Below, piece after piece: positions 36,750 through 47,228 of a stretch of DNA of 64,000 bases (the first letter of the stretch is position 1; the number at the start of each line of letters is the position of its first letter). Position numbers and translations under genes: made by a program. Below the pieces are notes generated by a model. It made no database searches, was not told the DNA's origin, and was given only the letters and a program-made list of their open reading frames with translations. The stretch spans positions 25,708-89,707 of IMG/VR virus record IMGVR_UViG_3300027759_000067, one strand, 5' to 3'. Source of the stretch: a virus.

Positions 36750-37130
36750 ATGGCACAAGTAACACTAGGCGCAAGCACGTTAAAGTATGGAGATAATACT
36801 CTACAAACATATCCACCATGGAAAAAGAGTATGGCCTGGACTGATTTATCGGGCAGTAGGGTTCTAGGTACATATTATACTGTACCAGCCACCACCCCTG
36901 TTCGATGGGTATCAGTAGTAGCTGTGACCTCCAATCCCGGCGCAAACAATTTGACCATAGCCGCCTATATAGGCACAGGTGTTCTAACTCAGTATAGAAT
37001 TTCTTATAGTGCCAACAATGGTTATGGTAATGGTGTATATTTTTCAGTACCCCCGGGTCTGCCCTATACTGTCACTGCTTCGGAACTTGCTGGATATACG
37101 CCCAGTATTTACTGGTATGAAATGTCATAA
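36750..37130 (+). CDS. Tail-fibre tip-like protein 3
   Basis: WTDLSGSRVLGTYYT...VPPGLPY...WYEMS. Confidence 0.6.
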   Translation: MAQVTLGASTLKYGDNTLQTYPPWKKSMAWTDLSGSRVLGTYYTVPATTPVRWVSVVAVTSNPGANNLTIAAYIGTGVLTQYRISYSANNGYGNGVYFSVPPGLPYTVTASELAGYTPSIYWYEMS

Positions 37131-37141
37131 ATATACACATT

Positions 37142-37435
37142 ATGAAACACTTTTTAAACCCTGTTACACAAGACATCTATGCCTACGAAGCTGATGGTAG
37201 TCAAGATTCGATTATACCCAAAGATTACATCCCCTTAACAGATGCAGAAGTTGCAGCACATCGTGAGCAGCGTAGACAAGCTCATTTAGCCACTATAACC
37301 TATGATCAATGGCGTAGAAGTTCATATCCTCCAATGGAAGACTATTTAGATGCTATAGTCAAGGGTGATCAAGCACTAATACAAAAGTATATTGATGCTT
37401 GTCTAGCTGTTAAAGCCCGATATCCCAAGCCTTAA
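37142..37435 (+). CDS. Tail-fibre assembly chaperone-like protein
   Basis: YAYEADGSQD and R...YPP.EDYLDAIVK...CLAVKARYPKP. Confidence 0.7.
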   Translation: MKHFLNPVTQDIYAYEADGSQDSIIPKDYIPLTDAEVAAHREQRRQAHLATITYDQWRRSSYPPMEDYLDAIVKGDQALIQKYIDACLAVKARYPKP

Positions 37436-38190
37436 TTTGGTACGCCGATACTTCGAGCTGCTGGGTTAAGATTTGGGTTAGTCAACCATGTCCAATGATT
37501 AGCCTGTACAGGCGTTAGTCCAATATGGCTACGTGGAATAAAATAGTTGTCATCCCCAATACTCATTTGATCCACTATATTAGAAAACACAGAATCCACC
37601 AATACCAAACTTTGGGCACGTTCTAAGATCATTAGCCAATCAAAGATGTTATCTGTTTTATCAGGTGTAATCTCAATAGTTTGCCAACCTTCGGGCACCA
37701 TACTAGGGTCCCAACCTGCACGATGGTCTGACCCTTCTAGATGTACAACAACATAGTTAGGGTTGGTGACTAAACGATCGTACAATGCTTGTTCTCTAGC
37801 AGGGTTACGTGTAATACATCGGGCCAATTGCCATTTTTCAATAAAAGGAACACCTGTACGTAGGTATTTGTATTGATCAAACTTAGTATGTTGGAAGTAT
37901 ACTTCGTTATGGAAGTCCTGTCCAGTTAATGCTTGATATAGTGGAATGATCTCATCGCATTTAAAGTTCTTCAAACGTTTTAGTGGTTCTTCGTAGAAGA
38001 ATGGACCCTGATCTGGAGCAACTGGTATCCATTTAATCCAAGGGCAAGCAGCAGTCATTTGATCAACCCAAGAGTCAATGATAGGCCAGTATACTTCCCA
38101 ACCTTCTCGATGATAATGATGTGCAATAGGTATGGAGATGATTATATCTCCGAGTCCTCTAGTTTGTATAAGTCCAAGCTTCTTAGCCAT
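37432..38190 (-). CDS. GT-B glycosyltransferase (GT9-like)
   Basis: RGLGDIIISIP, VVVH, VDS. Confidence 0.7.
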   Translation of the reverse strand: MAKKLGLIQTRGLGDIIISIPIAHHYHREGWEVYWPIIDSWVDQMTAACPWIKWIPVAPDQGPFFYEEPLKRLKNFKCDEIIPLYQALTGQDFHNEVYFQHTKFDQYKYLRTGVPFIEKWQLARCITRNPAREQALYDRLVTNPNYVVVHLEGSDHRAGWDPSMVPEGWQTIEITPDKTDNIFDWLMILERAQSLVLVDSVFSNIVDQMSIGDDNYFIPRSHIGLTPVQANHWTWLTNPNLNPAARSIGVPN

Positions 38191-38961
38191 TTAAAAGTAT
38201 TCTCCATTAGGGTGATCAGGGAAGTAGCATTCATTGCGTTCTAGTGGCATATCGTCTCTAGCTTCACAGGCAAAGTTAACGCCTAGACCAATAGCCAAAG
38301 ATAGTGCCACACTTTGATTGCCAATAAATTGTTCACAGCCAGCAATGACTTCTGCCAGTTCAAGTAATGTATTAGTAGGTCTAAAGGGTATATCCCAACC
38401 TGTAGCACATTCAAATGCGATATGTTCTTCGGTTAGACCTACAAATATGCTTTGTTCTTCAATACCGGTATTTTTCCATTGTTGCCAAAGTGGGCTCAAT
38501 GTTCTAGGTTGCCAACGTGCTGTACGATTAATCACAATTGCTCTATCTTTAAGATCCACAGTGTTAGGCACAGTAAGCCAAGGGGTATTTCTTAATTGGG
38601 TATGTATTGTAGTATCAGTAATACCAAATGTGCGAGCATAGAGATCCACATAGTTTCCCGGGTGGCCAACAAATGCAGGTCTAAAGCGATCTAGGTTATG
38701 TGTAATAATGTCTGTATTTGGATCCAGATCTGCATATTTTGTAATATAAGTTTGGGCTTCAAAGAACTCTTGCATAAACTTTGAATCGTTCTTGGTCATA
38801 CGACCTTGATGGAATGGGCTAGGTTTACTACCGTAGTAGTGCATACCAATCCAATCAATTTGGTTCAAGTGGAGATAGAATTCACCGCCACTAAGGTGTT
38901 TCATTATGGGTAGAGCGTAGATGATATCACCCAATGTTCCACTGTGTTTAAATGTTTTCAT
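38191..38961 (-). CDS. GT-B glycosyltransferase (GT9-like)
   Basis: HSGTLGDIIYALP, LAEVIAGCEQFIGNQS; TTGACC-17-TATAAT at 38973-39001. Confidence 0.7.
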   Translation of the reverse strand: MKTFKHSGTLGDIIYALPIMKHLSGGEFYLHLNQIDWIGMHYYGSKPSPFHQGRMTKNDSKFMQEFFEAQTYITKYADLDPNTDIITHNLDRFRPAFVGHPGNYVDLYARTFGITDTTIHTQLRNTPWLTVPNTVDLKDRAIVINRTARWQPRTLSPLWQQWKNTGIEEQSIFVGLTEEHIAFECATGWDIPFRPTNTLLELAEVIAGCEQFIGNQSVALSLAIGLGVNFACEARDDMPLERNECYFPDHPNGEYF

Positions 38962-39052
38962 AATTACCTATTATTATATAGGTATTTAATGATATGGTCA
39001 ACGTCTTAGAAAAAATTTTTGGCTAAATACAGAGATATTATACATTAACTCT

Positions 39053-39835
39053 ATGCCTACACCCGGAAGTCCCATCTCTGTTACTGATTACAACGACATA
39101 CAAGTCATATTAGATGACATATTAGGTCTTGGCGAAAATGGATATGGTCTACCTCAAACAACTTCTAGTCCAATAACTGGAGGAAGAGCAACAATCAACC
39201 AGTGGAATGCATTAATCACTGATCTCAATACTGTACGCCGTCATATGACCAATACAGGAACAAGCACAGCATATTTTGTAAGTGGAAGCACCATAGTCAG
39301 TACCACAACAATTAATAAGTTATATTCAGATTCTTTAGCCATACAGAATTCTAATAATAGATGGATATGTCATCCTAACCAATTCTATGTATCGAGTGGT
39401 AACAAAACACTTTTTCGAGATAGTATATCTTTAAGAACTACCGCCTGGGGAACACAGACTAATAGTATATCACATCAAGTAGTAGCTACATTTCCAGACA
39501 GATTAACCGCACGATATTATTTCAATCTAGGTTCGTATTTAAACTTTGTTCCTTTTATCAATGGTAGAGGATCAAATGATTTAGATGGTGAGTGGATTAA
39601 TTTTATCAATTATCTAAGGGCACCTGTAAATGAATATAGATATACACATAATGAATATGTTAATTATCTAAGTACCACTACAACTATCAATAGTGGTACA
39701 TTACAAGTAAAAATACTAGCAGAAAAAGCCATAGACGAAGCGTCTATAAAATTTACTGTAACCTACAAGAACAATGCATCGTCGACAATATATTTGTTAC
39801 CGTCGGTATCTGTATATAACTTAACAGCCGTTTAA
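39053..39835 (+). CDS. Virion structural protein
   Basis: DYNDIQ...GYG...QWNAL, ARYYFNLG; upstream TAAATA. Confidence 0.6.
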   Translation: MPTPGSPISVTDYNDIQVILDDILGLGENGYGLPQTTSSPITGGRATINQWNALITDLNTVRRHMTNTGTSTAYFVSGSTIVSTTTINKLYSDSLAIQNSNNRWICHPNQFYVSSGNKTLFRDSISLRTTAWGTQTNSISHQVVATFPDRLTARYYFNLGSYLNFVPFINGRGSNDLDGEWINFINYLRAPVNEYRYTHNEYVNYLSTTTTINSGTLQVKILAEKAIDEASIKFTVTYKNNASSTIYLLPSVSVYNLTAV

Positions 39836-39837
39836 TC

Positions 39838-42800
39838 ATGTCTAATATACTACACACAATAAAAAATACCAGCACCACACTTGCGGCCACAATAACCAAT
39901 ATTTCTTTCAGTAGTCCAGCAGGTATACAGCATCATGCAGATCTTAGTGTATTTGGGTTATCCAGTGATTTTACAGGAATATATACAACAGCCTACAGTA
40001 AAAATTATGTTACAGGTAGTCCATTAAGTAGGAAGTATCTGTCGGATACTTCCAATATAGTTAAAACAATATCTGGTTATGATAGTACTACTTTAGTAGT
40101 TAACAATACCACCAACCTAGTCACTGGGTGGGAAGGTAGTGGAGTTTATTCTGGGCGATATATAGTAAGCATAACATCCGCTACTTGGTTATTAATGAGT
40201 AATACTCCATCTGCGCCGCCAACACCGGGTGCCAGTATTACTTTCTCTACTTCCAGTTATGAGATAAAATTACAAACACCTAGCACCACAAGTGGTATTG
40301 GTCCAGGATGGTATATCAATGGCAATGGATATAGTACATCAGCAACTGTTCTTAGTGTAAAAAGTAGTGATACTCTTGTAGTTGATTTTTTACCCACAAG
40401 TCCTTCTGTAGGTAATCCCCTTACATTCTCAACGTCTACTAAAATTAATTATGTAGAGTTAGACAGTGTTACTTCATTGTCCATTGGTCAGAAAGCCTAT
40501 GGTAATGGTTATAGTGGTCAAAGCATAGTTAATATTGCTGGTAATATTGTTACCATGAGTGGGTTGCCTAATACCTATCCAGTGGTAGGAGACCCAATAG
40601 GGTTTGGCACTGGAAATATATATACAATCCCTGCCTCAAGTGAAGTAGGATTCAATTTAGATTTTACCAAATCAATATCTACCACTGGAACCTATACTTC
40701 AATAACATCAGTGGATATTTGGCAAGGTGTAGATAATTCAACTTATTATTTTACCAATTATATAGTTATATCAAGTTCGACATATGCATTGCCAAGTCCA
40801 GGTCCGACAAATGCCATTAGTGACATATACTTCGATAATAACAACCTTGGTCTAGGTTATGGTCTAGCCTATATCAGTCCGTTCCCAAATGCAGAATATG
40901 TGCCAAACACAGGTAGACTTGAACCTGCTGAAATAATTGATAAATCATCAGGTTTTGTTTCAGAAGTTGGTGAGTTTGAAGAACAGAGATTACTGGCTTC
41001 TGGTGCCACAGCCGCAGCGTCTTTGTTAATGTTCAATGACAAAGACACGTTTGGAGATGTTTCATCTGTAAATGATGCAGCAATTAAAACAGCTCTATTT
41101 GAACAGCAATACTCTGAATATCGAAGTATTACCTATCAACAACTCCAAGCTGCTAATATGCTTCCATCACAGTCACAGGTTGATTATAAATTGTTAAGAG
41201 ATGAAGCACAGTTTCAGGCGCAACAACAAGCTAATTCATTGAAAATAACAGCTCAGCAATCTGGTATTATAGTAGCAGTTAGTGATAGTGCTCGCAGCGG
41301 TCTTCAAAAGATAATAGCAGATAATGTTAAAAATGGAATAACTTCAGAAAATAATTATGCGATGGCAGCATTACAAGGCGTTCAAAAAGTTATACAGGTT
41401 GTAGGCGAAGGTATAAATTGGGTAATTGAACGTTTAAGTTTAAACAGTATAGGAAATCTTAGTTTAAATAGTATATACACCAGCGTGAAAGAGTTCAATT
41501 TAAATAGTGTATCAACTGGTTTTAATAATTTTGTTAACAATAACCAATATGTTTCATATGCAATAAAAACTGTTCAAGGATTTGTAACTGATATAGGTAA
41601 ATCATTGCAAGGCCTTGTTCCTGGTATCAATCTTGGATTTACTGATAATAGTAATAGAGTCGGTGGTGCTGCTGCTGCAACATCAATTTTTGGCGATCCT
41701 TTTGTAAAAACTGGAATAGCCATAGTATCAACATTAATGTCGCCGACTACTGCAATTCTATCAACATTAGCATCACTAGCTGGATTCCAGGTAGGTCCTA
41801 CTGGAGAGATAGGTGCAGGGTTAGCTAGGTCTTTGTCAAATCTAACCATCAGCTCTGCATTTGATTCTATTAGTACTTTTATTAGTAATACTGCAAAATC
41901 ATTTGATGGATTTGGAAAAACCATCACAGAAACATTTGATAGACTATTTGGAAATAATCAAACTGCGTTAGCAGCCAATGTTGATGCACTTAGAACAGGT
42001 AATGGTGTTGGTTCAATATTAGGTGGGCTTGATGGCCGCTCACTGAGCACAACATTAAATGGGCTTGATACAAACATTTCTCAATCAACCGGTCTTAGCA
42101 AAGTTTGGGAGACATTATCAAATTTTGGAACAAGCATTTTGAATAACGTTACAGACTGGGCAACTAATTTGTTTACAACAAATAGTGTCGCAACGTCTGG
42201 CCTGGCCATTGTGTCTGCATCATATAGCACTAATATGTCATCAGCTGCAACAATATCAGCAATAGCAGGAACTAATCAAGCTACCAGAGAATCGGTCATA
42301 GCAGCTCTTGCTGCGGCAAACGCTACTGGCACTGGTCGTGAGATTGTGTTTGATGCAGCAGAACGTGCCGGTATAGATCGAGCTACCTTGGCCAACTTGC
42401 AGGCATCCGCAGCCGCAACAGTAAATTACGAAGGAACATTGTACAATAATACAACTGTTACTAAAAATGTAACAAAAGATCCCTACGAAGACACTCCAAC
42501 ATCAACATCGGTATCTCTTAGCTATGATAGTTTTGCTCCAACTACTACAAATCTTGGTGCATTTGGCGAACCAATAATCAGCGGCGGTGGTGGTGATTCT
42601 AGCGGTAGTGTTAATGTTAATGCACGTATGCCAGGTACTTCTAAATTAGCTGGACAAATGATACACGGTGATGCCCTAGTATTATTAGCTGAAGATAGAC
42701 AAGGTACTATACCAGGTGTGGTTATATCAAATACAATCAGTGAACAGCGATTATTAACAATGGTCAGTGAATCTGGTATTAAATTAACTTGTTCGGATAA

Positions 42801-43089
42801 TACTCCACTAACATTAGAAGATGGTAGTTCTATCAATAGTACAGAAGTATTGGGTAAGAAATTACCAGTAGAAGATCAAAATGGATTCCGTTGGGAACTC
42901 ATAGTTGAAGTACTAGATGCAGGACACGGAAAGGTAGCAACAATATATTGTGAAGATCAATGTTATGCTGCTGGAGATGAACCAGGCCGCTGGATATGGA
43001 CACATAATGCCGATGCAATCAAATATGGTGATTTTGCTGCCAATTTTGACGGCCCGGACATTTATGGTCTGAACCTAGGAAATAACTAA
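39838..43089 (+). CDS. Large virion protein with C-terminal Hint (intein-like) domain
   Basis: S/T-rich repeats, helical middle region, GGGGDSSG linker, Hint domain 42607-43008 ending THN. Confidence 0.7.
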   Translation: MSNILHTIKNTSTTLAATITNISFSSPAGIQHHADLSVFGLSSDFTGIYTTAYSKNYVTGSPLSRKYLSDTSNIVKTISGYDSTTLVVNNTTNLVTGWEGSGVYSGRYIVSITSATWLLMSNTPSAPPTPGASITFSTSSYEIKLQTPSTTSGIGPGWYINGNGYSTSATVLSVKSSDTLVVDFLPTSPSVGNPLTFSTSTKINYVELDSVTSLSIGQKAYGNGYSGQSIVNIAGNIVTMSGLPNTYPVVGDPIGFGTGNIYTIPASSEVGFNLDFTKSISTTGTYTSITSVDIWQGVDNSTYYFTNYIVISSSTYALPSPGPTNAISDIYFDNNNLGLGYGLAYISPFPNAEYVPNTGRLEPAEIIDKSSGFVSEVGEFEEQRLLASGATAAASLLMFNDKDTFGDVSSVNDAAIKTALFEQQYSEYRSITYQQLQAANMLPSQSQVDYKLLRDEAQFQAQQQANSLKITAQQSGIIVAVSDSARSGLQKIIADNVKNGITSENNYAMAALQGVQKVIQVVGEGINWVIERLSLNSIGNLSLNSIYTSVKEFNLNSVSTGFNNFVNNNQYVSYAIKTVQGFVTDIGKSLQGLVPGINLGFTDNSNRVGGAAAATSIFGDPFVKTGIAIVSTLMSPTTAILSTLASLAGFQVGPTGEIGAGLARSLSNLTISSAFDSISTFISNTAKSFDGFGKTITETFDRLFGNNQTALAANVDALRTGNGVGSILGGLDGRSLSTTLNGLDTNISQSTGLSKVWETLSNFGTSILNNVTDWATNLFTTNSVATSGLAIVSASYSTNMSSAATISAIAGTNQATRESVIAALAAANATGTGREIVFDAAERAGIDRATLANLQASAAATVNYEGTLYNNTTVTKNVTKDPYEDTPTSTSVSLSYDSFAPTTTNLGAFGEPIISGGGGDSSGSVNVNARMPGTSKLAGQMIHGDALVLLAEDRQGTIPGVVISNTISEQRLLTMVSESGIKLTCSDNTPLTLEDGSSINSTEVLGKKLPVEDQNGFRWELIVEVLDAGHGKVATIYCEDQCYAAGDEPGRWIWTHNADAIKYGDFAANFDGPDIYGLNLGNN

Positions 43090-43134
43090 AGTGTTGGTAT
43101 ACAATACCAAGTCTCTTAAATAACAAATAATAAT

Positions 43135-44577
43135 ATGGCAACTTCATTTGATGTTAATGTAAAACTAGGCAGCGCTATAGGCTTTAATATAGCCGGTGGC
43201 ATCACGGGCGGATATGCTCCACAGATGCAAACTATTAGAACCTTAGATGGTACTACTTCTACACAAAATTTATCATACACTCAGTATCAAGGGCCTTTGT
43301 TAAAAGTTGATCCATTGACAGACTTTATATTATCTGTGGGTAATACAAGTACCAAACAAACGGTAAAACTGCACAATATTGGTAATGCTGTTTTAACAGT
43401 TACAGATGTATTATTCTCATTCTCCCAAGATATTAAACCTATATTATATTTTAGCAGCACTAGTACGTTGGTTAATGGTTCTATTATTAGTATACCACCA
43501 GGAAATACTTCTTCTTTTCAAATATCTTATACTGGAAATACAAAAGGAGTTTTTGACAATGCTATAACTATAAAATCAAATAGCAGTATTGGCCCATATT
43601 ATAAACTTACCACACACCAGGTAGTACAAGTTACATCTAGTTCTACAGTTTCTCCTGCATCATTTACTACCACAACAACAGAGATTGGTAAAATTGAAAG
43701 TGTAAAATATAATATTATTCCTATTATTAATGAATATAACGTAACTAATTTAGCTATTAGATTTACTACAACATTTGTTACCAATACTACCGCTTGGACG
43801 TATACCACAGGTACAAATTCTATAACCGCAACATTTAATTCGTGGGAAGTTAATAATACAAATGGTACCTACATTTCAACATTAACTATAGCAGCTAATA
43901 ATTACACATCAACTGTTACAAATATAGCAATTGTAAATATTGATCATTCATTGAATAAGAATCTTAAAACTTGGGTTAGTCCTGTATCTAAACATAATAG
44001 TATAATAGGTATTAGCTACGATTTAGATAATGGTGAAAGATACCTAACCATTGGTATAGGACTAGGCGGTGATGGATCTAACATCTACGATGCTGGTGGC
44101 AATATATATCAAGATATAAATGCACTTGGGTTAGGTGCTGACACGGTATTAACTCCATACCCATTCTGGTCCAATGTATGTAAGATTAAATTTACAGGTC
44201 TTGCACAAACTTATTACAGCAATGATTACGTGGTTAAACGCACAGCAAACAATAACTATATGAAATACTTTGGCGAATATAATGCGCTAGGTTCGATGTT
44301 TATTATTACAGATGATGGTTATGGATCTCTAACCATTGAGCTGAACCATCTGAGAGAACTTAGCAACGATGAAACATTTGATGCTACATTGCAAAATCTT
44401 ACCAGATCTTTCTATTATTATTCAACCGTGGATGTACTTGGTAGAATATCACCATTACCCACTGAATATTCTAGTTCCATTGATGATTATACCACATACT
44501 TGTTTACTGGATTTAGTTACAATGCCACAAGCAAAACGGCAATTGTTAAAAAAGTCATTGTAGATCTTCCTGTATAA
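43135..44577 (+). CDS. Virion protein with Ig-like (ASH/PapD-like) domain
   Basis: QTVKLHNIGNAVLTV...IPPG....F.ISY...I.I.SN. Confidence 0.6.
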   Translation: MATSFDVNVKLGSAIGFNIAGGITGGYAPQMQTIRTLDGTTSTQNLSYTQYQGPLLKVDPLTDFILSVGNTSTKQTVKLHNIGNAVLTVTDVLFSFSQDIKPILYFSSTSTLVNGSIISIPPGNTSSFQISYTGNTKGVFDNAITIKSNSSIGPYYKLTTHQVVQVTSSSTVSPASFTTTTTEIGKIESVKYNIIPIINEYNVTNLAIRFTTTFVTNTTAWTYTTGTNSITATFNSWEVNNTNGTYISTLTIAANNYTSTVTNIAIVNIDHSLNKNLKTWVSPVSKHNSIIGISYDLDNGERYLTIGIGLGGDGSNIYDAGGNIYQDINALGLGADTVLTPYPFWSNVCKIKFTGLAQTYYSNDYVVKRTANNNYMKYFGEYNALGSMFIITDDGYGSLTIELNHLRELSNDETFDATLQNLTRSFYYYSTVDVLGRISPLPTEYSSSIDDYTTYLFTGFSYNATSKTAIVKKVIVDLPV

Positions 44578-44593
44578 TTTGGTAAAATATCCA

Positions 44594-44622
44594 TTGACAC
44601 AGTTGGTAAAATCTAGTATAAT
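44594..44622 (+). promoter_or_regulatory. sigma70 promoter TTGACA-17-TATAAT with TTGGTAAAAT boxes
   Basis: Boxes at 44579 and 44603 match the early-array spacer motif. Confidence 0.8.
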
Positions 44623-44654
44623 TAACGCATTACAAACACTCTTTGAAAGAAAAC

Positions 44655-45968
44655 ATGAGTAATTGCGATAGCATTATCCGAATTCTAGAAGATCATCCTA
44701 GCCGATTGAACAAAGAAGGCATAATTGAAGCTGAAGCCAAAGCAGATAATATTGAATTGTTTGAAGGCTTCCGTATGGCCTTGGACAATCTATATACTTT
44801 TGGTGTAAAGAAAGTACCTACACATGGTGGTCCAGATGGTCAAGGATTGCCCTGGGAGGCATTTAAAGAACTTGCCCATTTACTCTACACACGACAACTT
44901 ACAGGGCACGATGCACGTGATGCCATTGAACTAGCATTGAGTGCAAGTACACAAAACCAATGGAACGATTGGTATCGTCGTATCCTTATCAAAGATCTAC
45001 GTTGCGGTGTCAGTGAAAAGACTGTAAACAAAGTACTCAAAGCATATACAACAATTAAGAGTGTACCTGTGTTTGAATGTATGTTAGCACATGATGGTGC
45101 TAATCACGAAAAGAAGATTACAGGTAAAAAACTACTAGAACCCAAACTGGACGGTGTGCGTGTTATCACCGTAGTCAATGCCGAGAACCATACTTGTACA
45201 ATGTACAGCCGCAATGGCAAGGTATTAGAAAACTTTGGACATATCACAACAGCTATTGAAGCAAACATTGGATTGTTTGATCGTAGTTTAATCCTTGATG
45301 GCGAAATGGTTAGCTCTAGTTTCCAAGCATTAATGAAACAGGTACATCGTAAAAGTGATGTACAAAGTGATGATGCCCGTTTGATGTTGTTTGACATCAT
45401 TCCTCTCAGTGAATTCCAACGTGGCGAGAGTGTTTTAGGTCAGCGCCGTCGCAGTAATCTATTACGCAGTATGAAAGCTGTGTTTGATAAAGTTGGTAGC
45501 ATTGATGTTATTCCCCAAAAAGAAGTTGATCTTGAAAGTTATGTTGGCGAATTGGAATTTAAGCAATACAACAAAGATGCCATTGAAGCAGGTTTTGAAG
45601 GTATTATGATCAAAGACATTGATGCTGTCTATGAATGCAAACGCAGCGTTAGTTGGTTAAAGATGAAACCTTTTATTGAAGTAAGTTTGGAGATCACGGA
45701 TGTTGAAGAAGGCACTGGTAAGAATGTGGGACGCTTGGGAGCTCTTGTTTGCTCCGGCGTCGACGAAGGTAGGGACATACGAGTTAATGTCGGTAGCGGT
45801 CTTAGTGACGCTGATCGAACTGAGTTTTGGGCTAACCGTGATAGTCTTAATCGTCAAATTGTGGAAGTAAGAGCAGATGCTGTTACACAAAATCAAGATG
45901 GTACTTATTCGTTGCGTTTCCCGCGCTTTCTCCGTTTCCGTGGCTTTGCAGCTGGCGAGAAGATTTAA
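44655..45968 (+). CDS. ATP-dependent DNA ligase
   Basis: EPKLDGVR, LDGE, EGIMIK, WLKMKP, SLRFPRF. Confidence 0.95.
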   Translation: MSNCDSIIRILEDHPSRLNKEGIIEAEAKADNIELFEGFRMALDNLYTFGVKKVPTHGGPDGQGLPWEAFKELAHLLYTRQLTGHDARDAIELALSASTQNQWNDWYRRILIKDLRCGVSEKTVNKVLKAYTTIKSVPVFECMLAHDGANHEKKITGKKLLEPKLDGVRVITVVNAENHTCTMYSRNGKVLENFGHITTAIEANIGLFDRSLILDGEMVSSSFQALMKQVHRKSDVQSDDARLMLFDIIPLSEFQRGESVLGQRRRSNLLRSMKAVFDKVGSIDVIPQKEVDLESYVGELEFKQYNKDAIEAGFEGIMIKDIDAVYECKRSVSWLKMKPFIEVSLEITDVEEGTGKNVGRLGALVCSGVDEGRDIRVNVGSGLSDADRTEFWANRDSLNRQIVEVRADAVTQNQDGTYSLRFPRFLRFRGFAAGEKI

Positions 45969-45969
45969 T

Positions 45970-46212
45970 ATGGAAAAAGACGCAGTAAAATCTATCATCT
46001 ATGGTGGTATCAACGAATTAATGAATAATAGAGATTATTATCGTCGAAGTGCCGTTGGTTCCAGATATAGTGAATGGACTGAAACAGGTATGAAAGTTTT
46101 ATTAGAATACACCGTCTATATGGCTCACTATATACACGATGCCGAAGACAAGGTGTTAGACAAACGTGCCAAAGAATTGGTAATTAAAGGTTTAAAAGGA
46201 GAAGAAGTTTAA
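45970..46212 (+). CDS. Hypothetical protein
   Basis: Follows ligase. Confidence 0.6.
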   Translation: MEKDAVKSIIYGGINELMNNRDYYRRSAVGSRYSEWTETGMKVLLEYTVYMAHYIHDAEDKVLDKRAKELVIKGLKGEEV

Positions 46213-46214
46213 TC

Positions 46215-46433
46215 GTGTCAAAAGAAGACTTAATAACGTCAGATGGAGTAGTAGAAGAAGTATTACCCAACGCAATGTTCAGGGTAAAACTAGCACAAGG
46301 TGCTACCATACTTGGCCACATCTCAGGCAAGATGCGCCAAAATAAAATACAAATCCTAGCAGGTGATAAGGTTCGTATAGAAATGAGCCCGTATGATCTA
46401 AGCAAATGTAGAATAACTTATAGAGAACGGTGA
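46215..46433 (+). CDS. infA: Translation initiation factor IF-1
   Basis: [21 protein letters not shown]....HISGKMR...[20 protein letters not shown]. Confidence 0.95.
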   Translation: MSKEDLITSDGVVEEVLPNAMFRVKLAQGATILGHISGKMRQNKIQILAGDKVRIEMSPYDLSKCRITYRER

Positions 46434-46434
46434 T

Positions 46435-46623
46435 ATGGTAGTTGTTGACTACGGAGTTAAGCGGGTTAAGATGCGCTACAAGGTTGATCAAGGTGATAAT
46501 TGGCTTGAAAAAGATCGTTGGTGTGTTAAAAATTTCAAATTTGATGAATATCATCGATGTGGTTTCAGTTTTTACTTTGCAAAAGAAAAACACCTAACGT
46601 GGTTTATATTAAGATGGTCATAA
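46435..46623 (+). CDS. Hypothetical protein
   Basis: 62 aa ending WFILRWS. Confidence 0.55.
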   Translation: MVVVDYGVKRVKMRYKVDQGDNWLEKDRWCVKNFKFDEYHRCGFSFYFAKEKHLTWFILRWS

Positions 46624-46653
46624 AAAAATAGCACCCTAAGGTGCTATTCTTTA
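46622..46653. terminator. Bidirectional intrinsic terminator
   Basis: A7-TAGCACC-CTAA-GGTGCTA-TTCTTT between convergent genes. Confidence 0.8.
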
Positions 46654-47163
46654 TTCTAAGTATGCTGCCCAGCTAGGGTGGCGCAGATCAAACTTCATCT
46701 TCTTCCGCTTGTCAACCAATTGGAAGTAAGTTGGCTTGAATGGCTTAACTTTAGGAACGATTCTCTTATCATTGCCTTTGTTGGCATTACATTTAGCACA
46801 ACTACAGACACAGTTCTCATAGGTAGTCTTACCACCGTGGCTAGTTGGCAATACGTGATCTAATGTAGCGGTTTTGTTGGTTACATCTACACCACAATAT
46901 TGGCATTTGAAAAGATCACGCAGGAATACATTCTGTTTGCTAAAACGCACACTAGTTTTCTTCTTTTGGTATTCCTTTAAGATCATAACAGCAGGCACAC
47001 GGGTTTCCCAGGTTGCGCTATGTACAATCCAATCTTCATACCATTCCAAGACCGTGGCTTTATCTAATACTAAGTATTGTATAGAAACTTCCCAAGGAAT
47101 TACGCTCAGTGGAAGTACAGAGATTGGTGCCGCATCGGCGTTAAGGATAAGTGTAGCTGACAT
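46651..47163 (-). CDS. HNH endonuclease
   Basis: RD..CQYCG, TLDHVLP.S.GG..T.EN.V.SC..CN..K. Confidence 0.92.
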   Translation of the reverse strand: MSATLILNADAAPISVLPLSVIPWEVSIQYLVLDKATVLEWYEDWIVHSATWETRVPAVMILKEYQKKKTSVRFSKQNVFLRDLFKCQYCGVDVTNKTATLDHVLPTSHGGKTTYENCVCSCAKCNANKGNDKRIVPKVKPFKPTYFQLVDKRKKMKFDLRHPSWAAYLE

Positions 47164-47228
47164 GATACTAATATTTATTTGAATAAAATAGAGCTATAAT
47201 TATAACATTAAGTTACCAAAAGAGCAAC

